Assembly (NCBI GenBank): GCA_965223415.1
Contig: OZ245002.1
Location: 384,001 to 448,000 of the forward strand
DNA length: 64,000 bases
Source: Myxococcota bacterium
Lineage (GTDB): Bacteria; Myxococcota_A; UBA9160; UBA6930
Reading direction: 5' to 3'
The notes beneath the pieces were generated by a model, which was not told where the DNA came from, ran no database searches, and saw nothing but the letters and a program-made list of their open reading frames with translations. The translations under genes and the position numbers were made by a program. Of this stretch, positions 1-9,122 are shown in pieces (the first letter of the stretch is position 1; every line of letters begins with the position of its first letter).

Positions 1-830
1 TTCTCGAAGCGCCCGAACAGGTTGTGGAAGATCAGCGCGGCGATCGTGTCCATGATCGGCCGGTCGCCGTACATGCAGCTCCACTGGAAGGCGCTCTGGC
101 GGTGGGACGACGGATTGGCGGGCTCGCCGAAGTTCGTGCTCACCATCTCGTTGTAGCCGGACTCGCCGATGTGGAAGGCCACCGCCACGCGGGCCTCGTC
201 GACGCGGGCCCAGAAGGGATCGAAGTGGGGATCCGCCGGCGAGCGGCCGAAGGCGGGCCCGGGGCGCAACGAGATCACCCGCGCGCCCTTCGCCAGCACC
301 CACTCGAGCTCCTCCACCGCCTGGTCCAGGTCGAGCAGCGAGAGCAGGGGTGCGGCGTAGATCCGATCGCGGAAGGCGAAGCCCCAGTCCTCGTCGAGCC
401 AGCGGTTGAAGGCGCGCATGTTCCCGTACATCTGCTCGGGATCGTCCTTCATGAAGTGCTCGACGCAGACCGCCAGGGTCGGAAACAGGAAGCAGCCCTC
501 GATGCCCTGCTCGTCCATCAGGGCGAGGCGTGCGTCCCGGTTCCGGTAGGCGGGCCGGATCTCCTCGATCACCTCCTCGCCGGACTCGTCGTAGCGCCTC
601 ATGCGCAGCATCTCGCGCAGGGCGCCGGGCCGCACCGTGTGGGTGAAGCTGTGGTTCACGAGGAAGGTGAAGGGCTCGCCGCCGATCCAGATGCGGTCCC
701 GACCTTCCGCGTCCGCCTCCACCCGGATGGCCTTGTCCTTCAGCGCCGGGTCGATGTGGCGGGTGAAGCAGTCCCGGGGCTCGTAGTAGTGGTTGTCGGC
801 GTCGAAGAGGGCGAAGTCGAGGGCGGGCAT
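1..830 (-). CDS. Amidohydrolase family protein (Amidohydro_2-like), runs off the window edge
   Basis: Manual translation MPALDFALFDADNHYYEPRDCFTRHID...; N-terminal DxDxH metal motif; AGGAGG RBS upstream of the ATG at 830; no stop before base 1. Confidence 0.85.
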   Translation of the reverse strand, partial: MPALDFALFDADNHYYEPRDCFTRHIDPALKDKAIRVEADAEGRDRIWIGGEPFTFLVNHSFTHTVRPGALREMLRMRRYDESGEEVIEEIRPAYRNRDARLALMDEQGIEGCFLFPTLAVCVEHFMKDDPEQMYGNMRAFNRWLDEDWGFAFRDRIYAAPLLSLLDLDQAVEELEWVLAKGARVISLRPGPAFGRSPADPHFDPFWARVDEARVAVAFHIGESGYNEMVSTNFGEPANPSSHRQSAFQWSCMYGDRPIMDTIAALIFHNLFGRFE

Positions 831-844
831 GGTGCCTCCTTGGC

Positions 845-1702
845 CTACTTCGGAAGCTCGCCTTCCATGACGTCCTTGCCCAGGGTGGGCTCGATGAAGG
901 GGCCGAAGTCCGGACCGCGGCGCAGGGCGTGGCCCCCGTCCACGTTGATGCAGGTGCCGGTGATCCATCGCGACTCGGGACCGATCAGGAAGCGCGCCAG
1001 GTTCCCCACGTCCTCGGGCAGGCCGACGTCGGCCATCGGCGTGTTCTGGATGTAGGAGGCGTAGGTGGCGCTGTCCCGGGGCACGCCCTCCATGATCTCG
1101 GTCGCGATGAAGCCGGGGCGGATTGCGTTGAAGCGCAGCTTGCGTGCTCCGAACTCGTTGGCGGCGTTGCGCATCATCTCCTCGATGCCCGCCTTGCCGA
1201 CGCAGTAGGCACCGAAGTACGGGTGGGGCAGATGGCCGGCGATCGACGACATGCCGACGAAGCTGCCGCCACCGGCCGCCACCATGGGCGGCACCGTGTG
1301 CTTCACGCACAGCATCGTGCCGAGCACGTTCAGGTGGAGGACGCGAAGGAACTCCTCGGTGTCCTGCACCTGGTAGGGCCCCATGCCGCCGCCGCCGCCC
1401 GCGTTGGCCACGCAGCCGTCGAGCCGGCCGGTCGGCTCCAGTGCCTTCGCGACCACCGCCTGCACCTCGTCCTCGCTCGTCACGTCGGCCACCACCGTCT
1501 GCACGCTGCCTCCGTGCCCGGCCGCCTGCTCGATCTGCTTGGCCGCGTCCTCGAGCTTCGACGCGGTGCGCCCGCAGATGGTCACGGCCGCGCCGTCGGC
1601 GGCGAGCTGGGCGGCGCAGGCCTTGCCGATTCCGGTGCCTCCGCCGGTCACGAGGACGGCGAGGCCCTCGAGGCCGCCGGAAGGCTTGCTGGGGCTGGGC
1701 AT
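845..1702 (-). CDS. Short-chain dehydrogenase/reductase (SDR)
   Basis: TGGGTGIG Rossmann motif, NAG, YxxxK (YCVGK), C-terminal VDGG; start set at MPSPSK after a CAGGAG RBS. Confidence 0.92.
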   Translation of the reverse strand: MPSPSKPSGGLEGLAVLVTGGGTGIGKACAAQLAADGAAVTICGRTASKLEDAAKQIEQAAGHGGSVQTVVADVTSEDEVQAVVAKALEPTGRLDGCVANAGGGGGMGPYQVQDTEEFLRVLHLNVLGTMLCVKHTVPPMVAAGGGSFVGMSSIAGHLPHPYFGAYCVGKAGIEEMMRNAANEFGARKLRFNAIRPGFIATEIMEGVPRDSATYASYIQNTPMADVGLPEDVGNLARFLIGPESRWITGTCINVDGGHALRRGPDFGPFIEPTLGKDVMEGELPK

Positions 1703-1773
1703 CGAGAGGTCTCCTGTGAGGGAAGCGCCGGACCCCGTTCTACCTTGGTCGGGAGGGGGGCCGCAAGCAGCGG

Positions 1774-1802
1774 TTGACAACATCTGCTTTGCATTGCAAA
1801 GT
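1774..1802 (+). promoter_or_regulatory. sigma70-like promoter overlapped by palindromic operator CTTTGCAtTGCAAAG
   Basis: TTGACA 1774-1779, 17 nt spacer, CAAAGT 1797-1802; 7-bp-arm palindrome 1787-1801. Confidence 0.65.
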
Positions 1803-1824
1803 ACTTGGGAATCAGGAGGTCCAC

Positions 1825-2397
1825 GTGAGCGATCCCGAAGCCGCCCTCGAAGAGATCCGCATCGTCCGGAAGATGATCGAGGCGACCCGTCAACGCGTGC
1901 GAGGCGCCTGGATCCCCTTCCTGGTCTTCGGAGTGCTCGGCGTCCTGGCCAGCCTCGCGAGCCACGCGCTGCAGGCGGAGGGCGGCGTGTGGCGCGCCGT
2001 GCCGTGGCTGGCGTTCCTGGCCCTGAGCCTCGCCGGCCTACGTGCCCTTCGGCCGCACCTGGGCGGTGGGGGCACCTTCGTCGGGCGCATGCTGATCTCG
2101 ACGTGGCGCGGCGTGGCCCTCGCCGTGCTCGTGCTCTGGATCGCCGTCGCCGGCTCCGCGAGTGCCGCCTTGGTCGGAACCCTCAGCCTGCTGGGACTCG
2201 GCGTCTTTCTCTCGGGACGGTTGCTCGACTATCCGCCCCTCACCTGGGGCGCGGGCCTGTGGTGGCTGGGCGCCGTGCTCGCCGCGGCGCGCCCGGAGCT
2301 CGCCATGCTGATCGAGGCGACGGTGATCGCCCTGACCTACCTGCTGCCGGCCTGGGGCCTCTACCGCCAGGAGGTGCAGGGGGCCCATGCGGCGTGA
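1825..2397 (+). CDS. Integral membrane protein (about 6 TM)
   Basis: GTG start after AGGAGG; alternating hydrophobic segments; overlaps the downstream wHTH gene. Confidence 0.75.
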   Translation: MSDPEAALEEIRIVRKMIEATRQRVRGAWIPFLVFGVLGVLASLASHALQAEGGVWRAVPWLAFLALSLAGLRALRPHLGGGGTFVGRMLISTWRGVALAVLVLWIAVAGSASAALVGTLSLLGLGVFLSGRLLDYPPLTWGAGLWWLGAVLAAARPELAMLIEATVIALTYLLPAWGLYRQEVQGAHAA

Positions 2398-2701
2398 CTT
2401 CGACCTCCGCCGCACCGACGGGCTTCTGCACGCACCGGCTCGCCTCGCGGTGATGGCGATGCTCGCTGGCGGCGGCGAGATCGACTTCAAGCGCCTGCGC
2501 GACGAGCTCGAGCTCACCGACGGGAACCTGTCCTCCCACCTGCGCAAGCTGGAGGAGGCCGGCTACGTGAGCTGCTCCAAGGGCTTCCTGGGTCGACGTC
2601 CCCGCACCAGCTACACGATCCGCGCGAAGGGCCGCAGCGCCCTCACCCGCCACGTCGACGAGCTCGAGCGCATCGTCGCCTCGAGCCGGAGCGCGCGTTG
2701 A
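2387..2701 (+). CDS. Winged-helix transcriptional regulator (HTH_34/MarR-ArsR-like)
   Basis: LLHAPARLAVMAML...DFKRLRDELELTDGNLSSHLRKLEEAGYV...PRTSYTI..KGR is typical of this family. Confidence 0.9.
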   Translation: MRRDFDLRRTDGLLHAPARLAVMAMLAGGGEIDFKRLRDELELTDGNLSSHLRKLEEAGYVSCSKGFLGRRPRTSYTIRAKGRSALTRHVDELERIVASSRSAR

Positions 2702-2886
2702 GCCTCCCGGACCAGCCGGGACCGGCTGCCCTGCCGTGGCTCGCCATCGTCATCCCGTTCCTGCCGCAGGTGTTCGCACGGCTCCTCGTACCCTCCGGCC
2801 TCCAGGGCCTGTCGTCCTTCGCCGCTTTCGTGCTGGTTCCGCTCTCGCGAGCCAGCGGGAGCGGTGTCGAAACCGCGGGAGGATGA
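2698..2886 (+). CDS. Possible small membrane protein (62 aa)
   Basis: TTGA overlap with the upstream stop and ATGA overlap with the Rieske start; hydrophobic. Confidence 0.4.
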   Translation: MSLPDQPGPAALPWLAIVIPFLPQVFARLLVPSGLQGLSSFAAFVLVPLSRASGSGVETAGG

Positions 2887-3887
2887 AGGCCATGAAGGGC
2901 TGGACCATCGCCGCACCCTCCGTACGCGTAGCGCGTCGGCCCCTCGGCGTTCGCGCCCACGAGGACGACCTGGTCGTCTTCCGAGACGCCGCGGGCGCGG
3001 CCCACGTGCTGGTCGACCGCTGTCCCCACCGCGGGGTGCAGCTCTCCCTGGGCAGCGTCGAGGAAGGACGGCTCACCTGTCGCTACCACGGCTGGCAGTT
3101 CGAAGGCGGTGGGCGCTGCGTGCGGATCCCGTCCCTGCGCGACGACCAGCGGATTCCCGCCGGCGTCGAGGTTCCGGCGCTGCCCACGGCGGAGCAGGAC
3201 GGCTACGTGTGGGCCTGGCTCGGCAGGGGCGCGCCCCGGCCCGCCCGCCCACTCCCGATCCCCGCCTTCCCCCGCCGGCGGTGGATCCAGAGCACCGTTC
3301 CCATGGCCTGCCACTGGCGAAAGGCGATCGAGAACAACGTCGACCCGACCCACGCGGCCTTCACCCACCGCTGGACCCATCCCCAGTGGTTCTCGCGGCG
3401 CTTCCGGGGGCTCCGCCTCGGGACCGCGGAGGTTCGCACGACCGAAGACGGCTTCGTGCTCTTCGTGCCGGCCGCGCGAAGCGCCGAAGACCCGATTCCG
3501 GCCCGGCCGCCGGTCTCGGCCCGCTTCGAGCTTCCGGATCGCGTGACGGTCAGCTTCCACGGCCGCTTCGAGCAGGTCATCGTGCTGAACGCGATCTCGA
3601 CCGGCCCCCACGATTGCCGCCTCGAGACCCTGGTCACCAACCCGCTTCCCTTCGGCCCGAAGACGCGCTTCACCCGTCGCGAGCACGTGATCTTCCGCCA
3701 GGACCGCCGCGTGATGGAGAGCGCGGAGCGCTGGACCCGCGAGATCGGTCACGACTTCGAGCGCAGCGTCGAGGCGGACTTCCCGATGCTGCTCGTGCGC
3801 CGCATCGTGGAGCTGGCCGAGAGCGGCCGTTGGGAGGAGAAGCGCGCCTCGCTGCCGCCGCGGAGGGTGATACGCATCCGCGCCTGA
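2883..3887 (+). CDS. Rieske non-heme iron oxygenase alpha subunit (VanA/KshA-like)
   Basis: Rieske ligands CPH...CRYH; mononuclear Fe motif ENNVDPTHAAFTH; distal Asp in IFRQD. Confidence 0.9.
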   Translation: MKAMKGWTIAAPSVRVARRPLGVRAHEDDLVVFRDAAGAAHVLVDRCPHRGVQLSLGSVEEGRLTCRYHGWQFEGGGRCVRIPSLRDDQRIPAGVEVPALPTAEQDGYVWAWLGRGAPRPARPLPIPAFPRRRWIQSTVPMACHWRKAIENNVDPTHAAFTHRWTHPQWFSRRFRGLRLGTAEVRTTEDGFVLFVPAARSAEDPIPARPPVSARFELPDRVTVSFHGRFEQVIVLNAISTGPHDCRLETLVTNPLPFGPKTRFTRREHVIFRQDRRVMESAERWTREIGHDFERSVEADFPMLLVRRIVELAESGRWEEKRASLPPRRVIRIRA

Positions 3888-3901
3888 GGCACCCTCGGGC
3901 C

Positions 3902-4597
3902 ATGATCGACCTCTACTACTGGCCCACGCCCAACGGCTGGAAGATCTCCATCGCCCTCGAGGAGATGGAACTCCCCTACGAGGTGCACTGGATCCACATC
4001 GGCCGCGGCGAGCAGTTCGCGCCGGAGTTCCTGGCCGTGAGCCCGAACGGACGGATGCCCGCCATCGTCGACCGCGAGCCCACGGGCGGCGGGGAGCCGC
4101 TCTCGATCTTCGAGTCCGGCGCGATTCTGTTCTACCTGGCGGAGAAGAGCGGACGCTTCCTGCCCCCAGAGACCCACGCCCGCTTCGACGTGCTGCAGTG
4201 GCTCTTCTGGCAGGTGGGCGGGGTCGGCCCGATGTTCGGGCAGTTCGGCCACTTCAACCTCTACGCCGACGAGAAGGTGCCCTACGCCCTCGACCGCTAC
4301 GGCCGGGAGACCCGGCGCCTCTACGGCGTGATGAACGAGCAGCTGGCCCGGCGCGAGTACCTGGCCGGCGACTACTCGATCGCCGACATGGCCACCTGGC
4401 CCTGGGTCGTGACCTACAAGCGCAACGACATCGACCTGGCCGGCGATTTCCCCCACGTGCGCCGCTGGTACGACGCGTTGAAGCAGCGCCCCGGCCTGCG
4501 TCGCGGGTACGACCTGGGCAAGGAGGGCCGCAAGGCCCTCTCCACGGGCCCCGACGCGGAAGGCCGCAAGAACCTCTTCGGCAGGACCGGATCGTGA
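3902..4597 (+). CDS. Glutathione S-transferase, YfcG/YghU (Nu-class)-like
   Basis: MIDLYYWPTPNGWKISI, SPNGRMPAI, FESGAIL, YSIADMATWPW. Confidence 0.93.
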   Translation: MIDLYYWPTPNGWKISIALEEMELPYEVHWIHIGRGEQFAPEFLAVSPNGRMPAIVDREPTGGGEPLSIFESGAILFYLAEKSGRFLPPETHARFDVLQWLFWQVGGVGPMFGQFGHFNLYADEKVPYALDRYGRETRRLYGVMNEQLARREYLAGDYSIADMATWPWVVTYKRNDIDLAGDFPHVRRWYDALKQRPGLRRGYDLGKEGRKALSTGPDAEGRKNLFGRTGS

Positions 4598-6012
4598 GGG
4601 CGGGGCGAGCGATCCTCCTGGCCGGCGCGATGGCCCTCGCTGCGCCCGCCGGTGCCGACGACCTGGACGCCGCGTGGAAGAGCTTCGCCCGGAGCCTCGA
4701 GGAGGCGCGTCAGAGCCTCGTCGATCCGGCCTACTTCCCGCCGGCGCCCGGCGACCGTTCCCTGGCGGAGGGTCACCGCTACCTGCTCGGCCACCTGGGC
4801 CGGCTGATCGAAGCGGAGATGCGCCTCGACCCGCGCTTCCCGGAGTTCCACCGCTCCGTCGATATGCTGCGCAAGCACACCGGCGAGAACCCGGACGCCA
4901 TGTACCTGAAGGCGCCGATCGACGCGACCGGGCACTACCGGGTGAGCGGGCGGGCGGCGGACACGTCCGAGTGGCGCACCTCCGAGCGCACGCGGACGTT
5001 CCCGAAGGCACCGCGGCTCGTGACCTTCCAGACCCTCACCGGCGTGCCCGGTGATTCCGGCAGCCTCGAGGAGATGGGTGCCTGCGTCACCCAGACCCTG
5101 GACTTCGTGAACAGCTTCTCCCTCGAGGTGGACGAGGACGGCCGCTTCGAGATCCTGATCGCGCCGACCCGGCCGGAGGGACACGCGGGGAGCTTCCTCG
5201 CCTCGAGGAAGGAGCTTCCCTGCGCGTCGACCGGCGCCCGCGCGGTTCGCGAGGCCCGCTACCTGGCGGTGCGAGAGATCTTCGCCGACTGGGAGAACGA
5301 GCGGCCCCTGGAGCTCGAGATCGTTCGGCTCGAGGCGGAAGGCGACGAGCGCCCACCGATCGACTCCGCGTGGATGGGCGAGCGCCTGGAGACCATCGGC
5401 CGCACCGTCCGCAACCACATCCGCTTCTGGAACCTGCTGATGGAGTTCCCGCTCGAGATGCGACGCGACGCCAACGGCGACGGCCGGCGCAACTTGCCGG
5501 TCAACGGCACGAACGACGCGGCGCCGCCTTTCACTGCGGGCGGGGCCGCGGGCTCGCGGCAGCTCTACGCGAGCGGCGTGTTCGAGATCGGTCCGGACGA
5601 GGCGCTGGTCGTGCGGGTGGAGACGCCGGTCGAGCCCCACTACCTGGGCTTCCAGCTCAACAACCTCTGGATGGAGGGGCCGGACCAGCAGAACTACGTC
5701 AGCAGCCTGTCGGGCCACCAGAATCCGAAGGGGAAAGACGGTGCGCGCACCTACGTGATCGCCCACGAGGATCCGGGCGTGCCCGGGTGGATCGCCACCA
5801 CCGGCCTCGAGAAGGGCTTCCACACGATGCGCTTCGTCTACCGGGAAGACCCGACGGAGGAGGACGTTCCCCGCATCGAGACCCGGCTCGTGCCCGTGGC
5901 GGAGCTCCCTTCCCACCTGCCCGAGGCCACGCGCCGCGTGAGCCCCGAGGCCCGCCGCGGGGAGATCGCGATCCGTCAGGCCCACATCAAGCAGCGCTGG
6001 CGTGCCTACTGA
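4594..6012 (+). CDS. Exported DUF1214-like domain protein
   Basis: GTGA coupling; signal peptide (AILLAGAMALAAPAGA); GENPDAMY, DEDGRFEILI, IAHEDPGVPGWIATTG segments. Confidence 0.7.
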   Translation: MRAGRAILLAGAMALAAPAGADDLDAAWKSFARSLEEARQSLVDPAYFPPAPGDRSLAEGHRYLLGHLGRLIEAEMRLDPRFPEFHRSVDMLRKHTGENPDAMYLKAPIDATGHYRVSGRAADTSEWRTSERTRTFPKAPRLVTFQTLTGVPGDSGSLEEMGACVTQTLDFVNSFSLEVDEDGRFEILIAPTRPEGHAGSFLASRKELPCASTGARAVREARYLAVREIFADWENERPLELEIVRLEAEGDERPPIDSAWMGERLETIGRTVRNHIRFWNLLMEFPLEMRRDANGDGRRNLPVNGTNDAAPPFTAGGAAGSRQLYASGVFEIGPDEALVVRVETPVEPHYLGFQLNNLWMEGPDQQNYVSSLSGHQNPKGKDGARTYVIAHEDPGVPGWIATTGLEKGFHTMRFVYREDPTEEDVPRIETRLVPVAELPSHLPEATRRVSPEARRGEIAIRQAHIKQRWRAY

Positions 6013-6590
6013 GGAGGCACTCCCGCCTCCGCCTGCGCCTCCACCCAGGCATCGAACTCGCCGAGGGCGTTGCCTTCGCCGTCGAAGACCTCCTGGCAGC
6101 TGTCGACGCCGGTGCCCTGGGACACCTGGGCCACCATGAGCTCGGCAGAGCCGGTCTCCTCCCGGTAGATGCGGGCGACGTCGGCGCAGCCCAGGGTGGG
6201 CGAGCCGGCGAAGGTGCAGATCGCGAACACGGCGGGCATGAGCTCGGAGGCTTCGCCATCCGTCAGGGCCGGATCCTCCTCTCCCAGCGCCTCGGCCATG
6301 CCCGCGGCTACGCGCAGGAACACGGCGGAGTCCACGATCATCGCCTGCTCGCAGCCGGCCTCGCGCAGGGCCTCGGCCCCGGGAGCGTCGGCGGCCTCCG
6401 TGAGCGCGGTGAAGCCCTCACGTACCGCCTCGTTCTGCATGACCCAGAAGACGCCGCCCGCACACACCAGCACGAACGCCCCGCCGAGGGCGACCAGCAC
6501 GATGGCGACGGCGCGGAAGGTCCCGCTGCCGCTCCCGCCCCGCGAGTCGATCGGCCCGGGACCCGTGTCGAAGTCGCCGCCCTGGGACAT
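6006..6590 (-). CDS. Hypothetical membrane-anchored protein
   Basis: One N-terminal TM helix, then an acidic domain with 4 Cys; coupled to the upstream SDR. Confidence 0.7.
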   Translation of the reverse strand: MSQGGDFDTGPGPIDSRGGSGSGTFRAVAIVLVALGGAFVLVCAGGVFWVMQNEAVREGFTALTEAADAPGAEALREAGCEQAMIVDSAVFLRVAAGMAEALGEEDPALTDGEASELMPAVFAICTFAGSPTLGCADVARIYREETGSAELMVAQVSQGTGVDSCQEVFDGEGNALGEFDAWVEAQAEAGVPPQ

Positions 6591-7363
6591 CAGAGGAGCC
6601 TCCCGCCGTCGAGCACCAGGGTCTGCCCGGTCACGAAGGAGCTGGCGGCGCTGGCCAGGTAAACGACCGCGCCGGCCATCTCGTCCGCCTGGCCGATGCG
6701 CCCGAGCGCCGCCTCGGCCTCCGATCGCCGGCGGGTCGTGTCGTCCTCCCACAGGGCGCGGGCGAAGTCGGTCTGGATCAGGCCGGGCGCGATGGCGTTC
6801 ACCCGGATGCCATCGGCACCCCAGGTCTTGGCCTGTACCTGCGTGAGCATGATCAGCGCGGCCTTGGAGACCGAGTAGCCGCCGATCACGTCCGAGGCGC
6901 GATAGCCGCCCACGGAGCTGACGTTGACGATCGAGCCTCCCTCGCCGTGCTCGAGCATCGCCTCCCGCGCCAGGTTCGAGAGCAGGTGCACCGCCTTGAC
7001 GTTCGTGTGCATGATCACGTCCCAGGCGCGCTCGTCCAGCTCCTGGATCGGACCGAACACCGGGTTCGTGCCGGCGTTGTTGACCAGGACGTCGACGCGG
7101 CCGAAGCGGGTCCTCGTCTCGTCGACCAGGTTCCGCAGCTCGTCGCTCACCCGCACGTTGGTGGGCACCTCGATCGCCCGGCGGCCGGTGGCCTCCACGG
7201 CCAGGCGCGCTTCCGTGAGGGCCTCGGGCTTGCGGGCGGCGATGGCGACGTCGGCGCCGGCCTCGGCCAGGCCCACCGCGATGGAGCGACCGATCCCGCG
7301 GCTGCCGCCGGTGACGATCGCCACCTTGCCCTGCAGCGAGAAGTCCGCGAGGGGCGGGCTCAT
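6590..7363 (-). CDS. SDR oxidoreductase (DHRS4-like)
   Basis: TGGSRGIG, NNAGTNPVFG, YSVSK, LDGG. Confidence 0.93.
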   Translation of the reverse strand: MSPPLADFSLQGKVAIVTGGSRGIGRSIAVGLAEAGADVAIAARKPEALTEARLAVEATGRRAIEVPTNVRVSDELRNLVDETRTRFGRVDVLVNNAGTNPVFGPIQELDERAWDVIMHTNVKAVHLLSNLAREAMLEHGEGGSIVNVSSVGGYRASDVIGGYSVSKAALIMLTQVQAKTWGADGIRVNAIAPGLIQTDFARALWEDDTTRRRSEAEAALGRIGQADEMAGAVVYLASAASSFVTGQTLVLDGGRLL

Positions 7364-8247
7364 CCCATCTCCTTGGCGAAGGTCTCGAGAGCCTCGATGT
7401 GCTGGCGGGGCTCGGTGAAGCCCGGGTCCGGCTCGCCCATGAGCTTCGTGCCCGTGCTCATCGCGCGCATCGAGAGGTGGGTGAGGCCGACCTCCGCCCA
7501 CTTCTTGCGCGCCTCGTGCCAGGCCGCGGGGCCCGCAGCGAGGGACACGATGGTCTCGCAGCCCAGCTCCTCGCCCTCGCGTCCCTCGGCGGCCAGGCAC
7601 TCCCGCCAGGTGCGGGCCAAGCCGAGCATGGTGTCGCTTCCGGCGGCGAAGGTGAACCCGTCGCCCACCCGCGCCGCCCGGCGCACCGCCGCCTTCGCCA
7701 TCCCGCCGAACCAGATCGGAATCGGCCGCCTCGGCAGGGGGAGGAGACCCGCCCGCGGCACCGAATGGAAGCTGCCCCGGTGATCGACCACCGGCTCGCT
7801 CCACAGCCGGCGCAGCAGCTCCACCTGCTCGTCGAGGCGCTGGCCGCGATCGTCGTAGGGGACGCCCAGCGCCTCGTACTCGACCCAGTTCCATCCGGTC
7901 CCCACGCCGAGCCGGAAGCGCCCGCCGGAGAGCAGGTCGAGCTCCGCCGCCTGCTTGGCGACGAGCGCGGTCTGCCGTTGCGGAAGGATGATCACTCCCG
8001 TGGCCAGCTCGATGCGCTCGGTGAGTGCGGCCAGGTAGCCGTACAGCACCATGGGCTCGTGGAAGGGATCCTCCTCGGTGTAGGGGCCCATGAGCCGGGG
8101 CTCGCGGTCAGCGTGCTCGGCACCCAGAACGTGGTCGTAGATCAGGAGGTGGCCGTAGCCGAGCTCCTCGGCGGTCTGGGCGAAGTCGCGGATCACGATC
8201 GGATCGTTGCCGATCTCGCAGGTGGGAAGGACGGCGCCGAGCTTCAT
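7360..8247 (-). CDS. LLM-class, probably F420-dependent oxidoreductase
   Basis: YDHVLGA, ILPQRQTALVAKQAAELDLLSGGRFRLGVGTGWNWVEYEALG. Confidence 0.9.
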   Translation of the reverse strand: MKLGAVLPTCEIGNDPIVIRDFAQTAEELGYGHLLIYDHVLGAEHADREPRLMGPYTEEDPFHEPMVLYGYLAALTERIELATGVIILPQRQTALVAKQAAELDLLSGGRFRLGVGTGWNWVEYEALGVPYDDRGQRLDEQVELLRRLWSEPVVDHRGSFHSVPRAGLLPLPRRPIPIWFGGMAKAAVRRAARVGDGFTFAAGSDTMLGLARTWRECLAAEGREGEELGCETIVSLAAGPAAWHEARKKWAEVGLTHLSMRAMSTGTKLMGEPDPGFTEPRQHIEALETFAKEMG

Positions 8248-8333
8248 GGGGCTCCTTTCGGGAGGCGGGGACGCGATGCGGGTGGGATAAGATGTTCCTT
8301 CCCGTGGCGGGGCGCAAAGCAGGAGGGGAAGGG

Positions 8334-9122
8334 ATGGGCAGGCTCGAAGGCAAGGCGGTGCTCATCACCGGCGCGGGCCAGGGAATCGGCCGCGGCCTCG
8401 CGCGGCGTTTCGCCCGGGAGGGCGCGCGGATCACCCTCGCCGAGTGGAACGGGGAGACCGGGCCGCGGGTCGCGAAGGAGGTCGAGGAGCTCGGAGCCGA
8501 GGCCCACTTCGTCCGGACCGACGTGGGCGTGAAGGAGCAGGTGGAGGCGGCGGTCCAGGCGACGGTGGAGCGCTTCGGCGGCGTCGACGTCCTGGTGAAC
8601 AACGCCTGGAGCGGCGCCCCGATGGCGCGGGTCGAGCAGCGGACGACGGAGGAGATGGAGAACGCGCTCCAGGTGGGCTTCCTCTCGAACTTCTGGTCCA
8701 TGCAGGCGGTGTTCCCCCACATGAAGGCCCGGGGCGGGGGGCGCATCGTCAACTTCTGCTCCCTGAACGGTGTGAACGCCCACATGTACACCGTGCACTA
8801 CAACGCGGCGAAGGAGGCGGTGCGGGCGCTCACCCGGACCGCGGCCCGCGAGTGGGCCCGGCACGGCATCACCTGCAACGTGATCTGCCCGGCGGCCGCC
8901 ACCGAGGCCTACGTCGCGGTGATGAGCCAGAACCCCGAGATGGAGAAGGCGCTCCTCGCCCAGCACCCGATGGGCCGGATGGGCGACCCGGAGGAGGACA
9001 TCGGCGGCGCCGCCCTCTTCCTGGTCTCGGACGACTCCCGCTACGTCACCGGCAACACCCTCTTCGTCGACGGCGGCTCCCACATCAACGGCTCGCCGTG
9101 GGCGCCAGAGCTGCCGGAATGA
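8334..9122 (+). CDS. SDR oxidoreductase
   Basis: TGAGQGIG, NNA, YNAAK, VDGG; strong RBS. Confidence 0.92.
   Translation: MGRLEGKAVLITGAGQGIGRGLARRFAREGARITLAEWNGETGPRVAKEVEELGAEAHFVRTDVGVKEQVEAAVQATVERFGGVDVLVNNAWSGAPMARVEQRTTEEMENALQVGFLSNFWSMQAVFPHMKARGGGRIVNFCSLNGVNAHMYTVHYNAAKEAVRALTRTAAREWARHGITCNVICPAAATEAYVAVMSQNPEMEKALLAQHPMGRMGDPEEDIGGAALFLVSDDSRYVTGNTLFVDGGSHINGSPWAPELPE

Noticed and set aside
2864..4597. Apparent long fusions in the ORF track (577-aa GST, 569-aa LLM, 810-aa Usp, 840-aa HemA, 603-aa macro, 745-aa lyase)
   Set aside because: N-terminal extensions are off-frame read-through of upstream genes; real starts have an RBS, a -10 or coupled stop/start overlaps.
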